Shown: in pieces, positions 7,641-14,553 of the stretch
Numbering within the stretch: position 1 is the stretch's first letter
Layout: each line of letters opens with the position of its first letter
Made by a program: the position numbers and the translations under genes
Assembly: GCF_000270205.1 (NCBI RefSeq)
Contig: NC_015913.1
Coordinates: 1,260,001-1,292,000 of the forward strand
DNA: 32,000 nt
Direction of reading: 5' to 3'
DNA from: Candidatus Arthromitus sp. SFB-mouse-Japan
GTDB taxonomy: Bacteria > Bacillota > Clostridia > Clostridiales > Clostridiaceae
The notes under the pieces: generated by a model
Database searches by the model: none
What the model saw: only the letters and a program-made list of their open reading frames with translations
What the model was told of the DNA's origin: nothing

Positions 7641-8745
7641 TTGCTACCTCCTTAGAAACTTTTTTTATTGAATCTAAGTGTTCCTTCATCTTCAATCCTA
7701 CAGCTTGAGCCAAAAGTGGTGGAACTGCATTGCCAACTTGCTTATTTTGTTGTGTTTTCGTTCCTAAAAACTTAAACCTATCTGGAAATGACTGTAGTCT
7801 AGCATTTTCCCTTACAGTGGGCACTCGATTCCACTTATAATGGAAATGATTTCGATGTCCAGTGTCAATGGTTTTAGATGGTCTTTTACTATGATATCTT
7901 GTCCACGCTTCATTAAATTTTCTTGATTCTCCAACTCCAGGTGGTAAATCCTTATGGTTTCCACCCTCAGGAACTTGACTAATAACCCATTTAACTTCTT
8001 TAGTATGGTTCGTTCCAACATGATTAAAAATAACGTCAGAATCAATTCTCATTAGCTTTTGGTAATCGCTTTGAGGCTCATTTATATAATCCATAATCTC
8101 ACTACCTAATTCATCAACCAATGAGGGTAAATCGGAAATTGCATCAGCAGTCCCAATATAATGTTCAGCATCGAGTAAAGGTTCTGGAAACTTAAAGTAG
8201 TCATATCCTAGATTTTTACGGTATCCAACAAAAAACATTCTTTTACGAAATTGTGGAACTCCATAGTCGGCAGCTAATAACGGTGAGTCAGTAACTGTTA
8301 CTGCATAACCCATGTCCTCGAAAGTATTAATGATTTGTTGCTTTACAGCCCCTTTATATAAAGTTGCCATCCCTGGCACATTTTCAATCATAAATGCCTT
8401 AGGTCTAAAATGCTGCACGGCATGAACTACCGCAACATATAGTTTATTTCTTGAATCATTAATATCTCTACTACCTGTGAGGCTAAATCCTTGACAAGGA
8501 GGCCCTGCGATAATAACATCCACTTCGTTATTACTTATTGCTTTTTCAATATTTCTTATTGCGACTTCCTCATTAAACAAGTCTTCTTTCAGCGCTTTAG
8601 CACCCTTTATGTTATGAGCATATGTTTGTAATGCGGCATCATCAAAGTCAATACCCGCTAACAACTTATATCCTGCTTGCACAAATCCTTGGCTAAGTCC
8701 TCCTGCACCCGAAAACAAATCAATAACTGTATATTTTTCATTCAT
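7618..8745 (-). CDS. DNA (cytosine-5)-methyltransferase (first MTase of the operon, 375 aa).
   Basis: Motifs:
- FSGAGG (I)
- GPPCQGFS (IV)
- ENV (VI)
- QFRKR (VIII)
- TVRENARLQSFPDRF (IX)
- GNAVPPL (X)

The start overlaps the stop of the upstream HTH gene by 8 nt. Confidence 0.95.
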   Translation of the reverse strand: MNEKYTVIDLFSGAGGLSQGFVQAGYKLLAGIDFDDAALQTYAHNIKGAKALKEDLFNEEVAIRNIEKAISNNEVDVIIAGPPCQGFSLTGSRDINDSRNKLYVAVVHAVQHFRPKAFMIENVPGMATLYKGAVKQQIINTFEDMGYAVTVTDSPLLAADYGVPQFRKRMFFVGYRKNLGYDYFKFPEPLLDAEHYIGTADAISDLPSLVDELGSEIMDYINEPQSDYQKLMRIDSDVIFNHVGTNHTKEVKWVISQVPEGGNHKDLPPGVGESRKFNEAWTRYHSKRPSKTIDTGHRNHFHYKWNRVPTVRENARLQSFPDRFKFLGTKTQQNKQVGNAVPPLLAQAVGLKMKEHLDSIKKVSKEVANEEVKQY

Positions 8746-8959
8746 CTAATGACACCTTATCCTCTATAAATTCAACAACATCTCCAATGTCGCAATCCAA
8801 TGCACGACAAATACGCTCTAAGGCTTCAAGAGAAACCCCTTTATTCTTGCTAAGTCTTGCCAAAGTAGAAGATGTAATACCAGAGCAATCACGTAGTTGA
8901 GTTTTATTTAATTTTTTATCAATGGATAACTTCCACAACTTATCATATGATATAGCCAT
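8738..8959 (-). CDS. Small XRE/Cro-type HTH regulator (73 aa) leading the methylase operon. C-protein-like.
   Basis: I moved the start from the ORF-track position 8989 to the ATG at 8959, which has SD GGAAGGAG 7 nt upstream and gives MAISYDKLWKLSIDKKLNKTQLRDCSGITSSTLARL... By my hand alignment it is roughly 40-45% identical to the HTH at 4992..5204. Confidence 0.85.
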   Translation of the reverse strand: MAISYDKLWKLSIDKKLNKTQLRDCSGITSSTLARLSKNKGVSLEALERICRALDCDIGDVVEFIEDKVSLDE

Positions 8960-8999
8960 ACAATTTCTCCTTCCACATTTGTAGAACAATATAGCGTAT

Positions 9000-9028
9000 T
9001 TCTAGAAAAAAATTCTTCATATCTAGAA
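9000..9028 (-). promoter_or_regulatory. 7-bp inverted repeat with a 15-nt spacer (TTCTAGA-N15-TCTAGAA) just downstream of the predicted -10 of the HTH-M-M operon. Putative operator.
   Basis: Read directly: 9000..9006 ttctaga, 9022..9028 tctagaa. It lies between the promoter (9032..9060) and the SD/ATG at 8959. Confidence 0.4.
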
Positions 9029-9031
9029 TAG

Positions 9032-9060
9032 ATTGTACCATACATCGTTTGATTTGTAAA
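9032..9060 (-). promoter_or_regulatory. SigmaA-type promoter for the HTH-MTase-MTase operon (TTTACA-N17-TACAAT with a TG extension).
   Basis: Minus-strand reading: -35 TTTACA is the complement of 9055..9060. The 17-nt spacer contains TGG immediately before -10 TACAAT, which is the complement of 9032..9037. Confidence 0.5.
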
Positions 9061-9166
9061 CGAAAGTTTTTGAATTAATTTCAGTAAGTTCAGTAACATG
9101 AATAGCAATAAGCATTATTTTTCTTGGGCGCAAAAACAATGACTTACTATTAAAATTATTAGCAAG

Positions 9167-9212
9167 CTTGTCAACTCACCATTATTTTGCCAACCATCTT
9201 ATCAACTCACCA
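9167..9212. repeat. Two 15-bp direct repeats (CTTGTCAACTCACCA / CTTATCAACTCACCA), 31 bp start to start, in the non-coding end of the element.
   Basis: Read directly at 9167..9181 and 9198..9212, with 14 of 15 positions identical. Confidence 0.5.
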
Positions 9213-9337
9213 AATCAATAACAGTATTGTCTTATGACTTTTTAAATTCACCAATCTTGGATAACTTCCCTCATAGTAAAAATCCGCGATTATCCTTCCG
9301 ACTTAGAACCAGACCTCAAATCACGGAAAGCCTTTAT

Positions 9338-9371
9338 TTACTTATCTTATTACACCCTTACTTATCCACCC
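9338..9371. repeat. Tandem near-duplicate of the rlmD 3' terminus at the island/core junction.
   Basis: 9358..9371 (ttacttatccaccc) encodes ...RVDK-stop of rlmD on the minus strand. It is immediately preceded by 9338..9357 (ttacttatc-ttatta-caccc), the same 14 bp interrupted by 6 nt. Confidence 0.5.
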
Positions 9372-10698
9372 TTGACATCAATACTACTGCCTCAACGTGA
9401 TAAGTATTAGGAAACATATCCACACCTTGAATATTTTTAACCTTATATCCATTATTTATAAACTCTTTTAAATCTTCACATAAAGTTTGAGGATTACATG
9501 AAACATAAACTATGTTTTGGACACCGAATTTACAAATATTTTTCACACTTTTTAACCCAATTCCAGCTCTAGGTGGATCAACAACAATAAATGAAATTTT
9601 ATCTTTTATATCTTTAACAACCTGCGAAACATCTCCACATATAAACTCACAATTTAAATTGTTTAACTTTGCATTTTCCTTTGCCATTTTTACAGCATCT
9701 TCAACAATTTCTATCCCTATAACTCTATTATTTTTACTTAAAACTTGTCCAATAGTTCCGACTCCAGAATATAAATCAAGAATAGTACCTTCAGGATTTC
9801 CTACTCTATTTTTCACTTCATTGTATAAAATCTTAACGCCTTCTGTATTTGTTTGAAAAAACGAAAAAATACTCACTTTAAATTTAAGACCAAATATTTC
9901 CTCATATATAAAGTCATTACCATAAATTATTTCTATTTTACTTGGTTTTATTGCGTCACTTAATGAATCAGATACAATATGTACAATTCCTCCAATAGAT
10001 TTTTGTAATTTTAAGCTTAATATCCTCTCCTTAAAATCTCCAAAATCCATATGATTTTGACTTGAAGTAATAATAGCCAGAAGTACTTCCTCTTTTCCTT
10101 CTCTTAAAATAAGATTCCTTAAATATCCCGTATGAGTTTTAAGCTTATATACCTCTGCTCTAATTTCTCTAAAATAATCAATCGTTGAGTTCATTATTTT
10201 TCTGAAATCTTCACTTATTAATTTACAATTATATGTTGGAACAATTCCAAACGGATTTCCTTTTTTATGAAGACCAAGTTCAAGCGGACCACACTTAAAT
10301 TCATCTCCAAAAGAAAATTCCATTTTATTTCTATACTCAAATTCTTTCGGAGATTTTAATATACCAAGAAACTCCTCATACGGAATTTCTTTTAAAATAT
10401 CTTTTAAAGCTTTTTCCTTGAATCTTATTTGATCCTCATAAGAAACATTTAAATATGTACAACCCCCACAATCTCCAAATTTATCGCAAGAAGAGGCTAT
10501 CTCTATTTCAGAGTTACACAGAACTTCAATAAGCTTACAAATCTTTCTACCTCCTTTTGATTTAATAAACCTCACCTTCAATTTCTCATAAGGTATAGCT
10601 CCCTTAACAAAATATCTTTCTCCATCAATCTCTCCATATCCTTCCCCTTTAAAATTAAATCCAATTATATCCAGTTCAAATATTTCTCCCTTTTTCAA
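9358..10698 (-). CDS. rlmD: 23S rRNA (uracil-5-)-methyltransferase RumA/RlmD family (TRAM + [4Fe-4S] + SAM-MTase).
   Basis: TTG start with a GAGG SD. Cluster cysteines CDKFGDCGGC (C-x5-C-x2-C). SAM motif DLYSGVGTIG. DPPRAG. Catalytic YVSCNP. C-terminal HVEAVVL. Confidence 0.9.
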   Translation of the reverse strand: MKKGEIFELDIIGFNFKGEGYGEIDGERYFVKGAIPYEKLKVRFIKSKGGRKICKLIEVLCNSEIEIASSCDKFGDCGGCTYLNVSYEDQIRFKEKALKDILKEIPYEEFLGILKSPKEFEYRNKMEFSFGDEFKCGPLELGLHKKGNPFGIVPTYNCKLISEDFRKIMNSTIDYFREIRAEVYKLKTHTGYLRNLILREGKEEVLLAIITSSQNHMDFGDFKERILSLKLQKSIGGIVHIVSDSLSDAIKPSKIEIIYGNDFIYEEIFGLKFKVSIFSFFQTNTEGVKILYNEVKNRVGNPEGTILDLYSGVGTIGQVLSKNNRVIGIEIVEDAVKMAKENAKLNNLNCEFICGDVSQVVKDIKDKISFIVVDPPRAGIGLKSVKNICKFGVQNIVYVSCNPQTLCEDLKEFINNGYKVKNIQGVDMFPNTYHVEAVVLMSRVDK

Positions 10699-10712
10699 CT
10701 CTTATACCTCAC

Positions 10713-10744
10713 AATAAAAAAATGATATAGAAAAACTATATCAT
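10713..10744 (-). terminator. Intrinsic terminator downstream of 10747..11898.
   Basis: ATGATATAG (10722..10730), loop aaaaa, CTATATCAT (10736..10744). On the minus strand it is followed by a U-tract (complement of 10713..10721). Confidence 0.6.
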
Positions 10745-10746
10745 TT

Positions 10747-11898
10747 TTAATTAAAATTTACACCATTTAAATAGTATTCAAATAACTCTTCATTCATCTT
10801 TCCATTAAAATTTAAGGATACATATTTATCAATTATCTTATTTGGATAAAGAAAATTAAGTGCAAGATTCTTAACCTTATCAAACATATCTAAATCTAAT
10901 TTATATTCATTGAGATTATTCATTGCACCATATTGATTTTTATACTTGAGAAATAGTTTTAAATCTATATTAATGTAAGAATACAAATGCATAATAGAAT
11001 ATCTCTTTCTTATTTCATTTATAAAAAATTCAATACCCAAAGCATCTATACTATGTCTTGGAATTGAAAACACACTCTCAATTAAATTTCCATATAAATA
11101 TAATATACCATACCCAAATCTATCTACAAGTTTTGATGACTCCGCACTACACCTTAATACAGTTTCACGAAATAATAAACTTCCACCAAACCTATCCCCA
11201 TTTTCTAAAATCATTTCTGCATCTTTTAAAACATTGCTAGCAAACTCTTTATTTTCTTTATCAACATTGTCACTTAAAATAGTATCGATTAAATTTACAA
11301 TAACTGAAAACATATAGTACATTGTGTAATCTAAAGATGAACTCTTTGCAATATTTGCATCCAAAACTATTTTATCTATCTTACACATTGGATCTCCAAA
11401 TATTGTAACTTGAGAAGAATCACTATCTATTAATTTAAAATATCTATGACACTCACTTCCTCCACCTGTTGTTGGAACAAAAATAGTTTCTCTTAACTTT
11501 CCATATCTCAAAAACATTTTATTTTCTTCAAGTTTATGCAGACTATCTATATTTTTATTGTTATAAAAAACTGTGATTCCCTTTATAAGATCTGCTAAAA
11601 AATCCTCACCAATGCCAATTATAGTATCGATATCATATTTCTCCATAAACTCAATAATATTAAATATTCCCTTTATAGATTGATTCGATTGATTCCCACC
11701 TTCAACCTTAAAATTATGTATCCTCGCATTGGACGATTTAAGCTTAATTATTAAGTCATTCAATACAGAATCTCTTTCATCAAAATCATATGTCATAATC
11801 ATAACAATTCTATCTGACATATCTATACTCTCTAAAAAATTTTTATAGCTATTAAATATTTCTTGATTTTTTATAGGCTTATCTAAAACTAAATTCAT
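10747..11898 (-). CDS. Iron-containing alcohol dehydrogenase-fold protein, divergent (cofactor and metal motifs look degenerate).
   Basis: VPTTGGGSE resembles the Fe-ADH PTTAGTGSE motif. The usual GGGSxxDxAK is replaced by GIGEDFLADLIK. I could not find the GmDAL-H metal-ligand block. SD AGGAG. Confidence 0.45.
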   Translation of the reverse strand: MNLVLDKPIKNQEIFNSYKNFLESIDMSDRIVMIMTYDFDERDSVLNDLIIKLKSSNARIHNFKVEGGNQSNQSIKGIFNIIEFMEKYDIDTIIGIGEDFLADLIKGITVFYNNKNIDSLHKLEENKMFLRYGKLRETIFVPTTGGGSECHRYFKLIDSDSSQVTIFGDPMCKIDKIVLDANIAKSSSLDYTMYYMFSVIVNLIDTILSDNVDKENKEFASNVLKDAEMILENGDRFGGSLLFRETVLRCSAESSKLVDRFGYGILYLYGNLIESVFSIPRHSIDALGIEFFINEIRKRYSIMHLYSYINIDLKLFLKYKNQYGAMNNLNEYKLDLDMFDKVKNLALNFLYPNKIIDKYVSLNFNGKMNEELFEYYLNGVNFN

Positions 11899-11954
11899 AA
11901 ACTCACTCCTATCTTAATTTAATATTCTCAAATAGGGCAAGTTTTATAATAAAA

Positions 11955-11982
11955 ATGCTATCTTAAAATTTTAAGATAGCAT
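11955..11982 (-). terminator. Intrinsic terminator directly after the HAD phosphatase gene.
   Basis: Perfect palindrome ATGCTATCTTA (11955..11965) / TAAGATAGCAT (11972..11982), flanked by A5 and T5 tracts. Confidence 0.65.
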
Positions 11983-11984
11983 TT

Positions 11985-12608
11985 TTATATAATGTCCAAA
12001 ATTTCCATTAAACCCTCTATGTAATAATCCGCATCCATCTTTAGGATTTCATCCTTCATGAAACTATATAAAACACCACAAGTCTTACTACCAGCATCAC
12101 GTCCACTTATAATATCATAAATTGAATCTCCAACCATAAGTGCTTCATTAGGAGATATAGATAAAAGATCACATGCACTTAAAACCGGCTCCTTGTGAGG
12201 TTTATGATTTTGAACATCATCACTTGTAACTATTACATCAAAATAATCTTTAATTCCTAAAAGTTCTAGAGCCCTTATAGCAGTACTTTTATTCTTAGAA
12301 GTTACAATAGCAACTTTATATCCTTTTTTATTTAATGCATTAAGCACCTCTTTTGTGTTGTCATATAGAGAAATTCTTTCATCATGATACTTAAGATTAA
12401 ATTCTCTATACACATCAATAGCTTCATCAACATCATCAAAGAATTTACCCATAGTTACAAACAGAGGCTCTCCAAACCATGAAATAATTTCATCTCTATT
12501 AGGATATTCATTTTTCAAAATCTCAAAAGTATGTTCAAATGACTCTATTATTAACTCATTTGTATTAATTAATGTTCCATCTAAATCAAATAAAACTGCT
12601 TTTATCAT
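11985..12608 (-). CDS. HAD-superfamily phosphatase (PpaX / phosphoglycolate phosphatase-like).
   Basis: Motif I FDLDGTLINT, motif II VTSK, motif IV GDSIYDI. I moved the start from 12650 to the ATG at 12608, which has SD AAGGGGGA 5 nt upstream. Confidence 0.8.
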   Translation of the reverse strand: MIKAVLFDLDGTLINTNELIIESFEHTFEILKNEYPNRDEIISWFGEPLFVTMGKFFDDVDEAIDVYREFNLKYHDERISLYDNTKEVLNALNKKGYKVAIVTSKNKSTAIRALELLGIKDYFDVIVTSDDVQNHKPHKEPVLSACDLLSISPNEALMVGDSIYDIISGRDAGSKTCGVLYSFMKDEILKMDADYYIEGLMEILDII

Positions 12609-12847
12609 AAAAATCCCCCTTACGATTCTAATATAACTAAATTTTAACATTTTATATTTATAAAAGACAACAAAAGTTTAAATTTTTTAATACTAACCAT
12701 CTTTTCTGTGCATAATAACAGAAAAGATTTTTTAATGTTATTTGTTAATTTCATCACTTTTTAAAAAACAAAAACCAATATAAGGAGGTTATTACTATAA
12801 AAAAGATATTTTTAAATAGTTTAAAAGGAAAATCATTAATTAGAAAA

Positions 12848-14530
12848 ATGCTCCTCCAAAATTTTGGAATAATGTTGATCGTAATTATATGTTCAATATT
12901 CATATACTTCAGAATCATTATAGGAACATCAGATAAAATATTTATAAATTATTACAAAAATATCCTCCAGTCACTTAGCTATGATTTGGATTCAAATACA
13001 TACAAAAATTTTATAGAAAATCCTATTAAAACATCAGAAAGCTACAAAGGGCTCTTTCAATATTTAAACACCTACTCAACCAATTTAAACATAAAAAATA
13101 TTTATATATCAAAAATAGATGAAAAAACAGGTAAAGAGCTTCTTCTTATACATGGATCAGATGAATCTTTACCAATTGGTGACCCCATAATTACAAAATT
13201 AGGAACTAAATCTTTTAGATTAAAAAGAGTCGTATGTGAAAAGGTTATACATAATAATCAAAATACCTATAGTTTCTACTCACCTATATTAGATAGCACA
13301 GGGAAATCTATAGGACTGCTTGCTTTTAAAATACCCACACATACCTTAAGTTACCGTAACGGATTTAAAATTTTAAGTAATATCTTTTTTATAATTTTAT
13401 GTAGTGTGTTTTTCATAGCTCTCTACATTTATATATCAACTGTAGCACTTTGGAATATATTAAAACCTATTTATATTATCAAAAATCAGGTAGTGGCCTT
13501 ATCAAATAAAATTCTATCAATAAACAAAAATATCTCATTCTCAGGATATGAATTTAACTGCATACAACAATTACTTGTCAAAAGTATTGACATTATCAAA
13601 AAATTCATACTGAATCTCATAATTTATCTTGAATATATAAAATTTTCTATTGCCAAGACAAAAGTAAATTCTATTGAAATTATACACAAAATCAAATCAA
13701 CAAACTCAACTATAACAAATGTTTCTAAATCAACTGAAGACGTAAATTTAAAAGTCCATATTTTAAAAGATGAAATTAAAAATTTTGCTGATAACATTCT
13801 TGAAATTAGAAATGAAATTAAAGAAACCCTAGACTCAAACATATTAGCAACAAACATATGCCAAAATAATAATAACCTACTTAATATATTCCTTATGGAA
13901 ATTTCAACCCTCATTAAAAAATTTAAAATAGAACAAATTGAGTGTAAGAAACTAAAATTCTTATCAGATAAAATAAACAAAATACTATCTGATATCTTAA
14001 ACATAACTAATGAAACAAAATTACTCTCTTTAAATGCATCAATTGTTGCAATCTCTGCAGGAGAGCATGGTAAAAGTTTTGGTGTAATCGCGAAAGAAAT
14101 CGGAGAACTATCCCAAAATATCATAAAATCAACTAGTTATATACAACAAACACTAGTAAAGATTAGTGATACTATAAATTCACTAAATAAAGAATCAATA
14201 GAAATTTTTGAAACATTCAAAGTTCATTCTGAAAATTCAAAAATTTTTATATCAAATTTATCTGAAATGTACACATCAGTAAAAGATATCACTAACTTCT
14301 TAAAAAACATTTCTTTCTTTACAGATAAAATTAGCAACAAAAACAACACACTCATTGACAGTATAACAAGCTTAAGTTCAAGCTCATCATATAATCTAAA
14401 TTCTATAAAACAAATAGAAAATTTAATTACAAAAATAAATGATAATGCACTAACTTTTAAAAATAGCTTTGAATCTTTAAATAATACTATAAGTCAAATA
14501 AAATCTGATCTCAATGAATTTAAATTATAA
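12848..14530 (+). CDS. Methyl-accepting chemotaxis protein (Cache-like periplasmic sensor, divergent signalling tip).
   Basis: N-terminal TM segment, Cache-like segment (YSFYSPILDSTGKSIGLLAF), second TM segment. Signalling hairpin ETKLLSLNASIVAISAGEHGKSFGVIAKEIGELS. The true start may be upstream (see finding). Confidence 0.8.
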   Translation: MLLQNFGIMLIVIICSIFIYFRIIIGTSDKIFINYYKNILQSLSYDLDSNTYKNFIENPIKTSESYKGLFQYLNTYSTNLNIKNIYISKIDEKTGKELLLIHGSDESLPIGDPIITKLGTKSFRLKRVVCEKVIHNNQNTYSFYSPILDSTGKSIGLLAFKIPTHTLSYRNGFKILSNIFFIILCSVFFIALYIYISTVALWNILKPIYIIKNQVVALSNKILSINKNISFSGYEFNCIQQLLVKSIDIIKKFILNLIIYLEYIKFSIAKTKVNSIEIIHKIKSTNSTITNVSKSTEDVNLKVHILKDEIKNFADNILEIRNEIKETLDSNILATNICQNNNNLLNIFLMEISTLIKKFKIEQIECKKLKFLSDKINKILSDILNITNETKLLSLNASIVAISAGEHGKSFGVIAKEIGELSQNIIKSTSYIQQTLVKISDTINSLNKESIEIFETFKVHSENSKIFISNLSEMYTSVKDITNFLKNISFFTDKISNKNNTLIDSITSLSSSSSYNLNSIKQIENLITKINDNALTFKNSFESLNNTISQIKSDLNEFKL

Positions 14531-14553
14531 TTTTAAAAATTGGAGTAAAACTC

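Larger units (their letters stand above)
1..9357. mobile_element. Terminal part of an integrated mobile element (ICE/IME-like cargo end) abutting the 3' end of rumA/rlmD. The left end lies outside the window.
   Basis: Abrupt shift from a more G+C-rich block to a very AT-rich core at ~9357, exactly at the rlmD stop codon. The content is typical of MGE cargo: sigma-r4-like regulator, R-M system, helicase module, XRE regulators. A near-duplicate of the rlmD terminus sits at the junction (9338..9371). No recombinase gene lies inside the window. Confidence 0.65.

Noticed and set aside
1344-8745. Classification as a bona fide DISARM system (helicase + PLD + C5 methylase).
   Set aside because: The helicase has SF1 RecD-like motifs, not those of the SF2 DrmA. 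No DUF1998 (DrmB)-like gene is present. The PLD protein looks like an NgoFVII-type restriction nuclease. Only an architectural analogy remains, and it is mentioned in the findings.
8960-8989. ORF-track start (8989) for the HTH gene, which adds MFYKCGRRNC.
   Set aside because: The ATG at 8959 has a well-spaced GGAAGGAG SD and aligns with the N-terminus of the paralogue at 4992. The upstream extension would overlap the SD itself.
9167-9212. Mini CRISPR array.
   Set aside because: There are only two 15-bp repeats with a 16-nt spacer, no cas genes and no further units.
13624-14124. 166-aa antisense ORF inside the first MCP gene. Similar antisense ORFs occur at 9512..9856, 16483..16776, 22618..22935, 6343..6600, 4337..4603 and elsewhere.
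   Set aside because: All lie entirely within, and opposite to, genes that have strong family motifs. They have no SDs. Such long open frames are expected by chance opposite AT-rich coding sequence.
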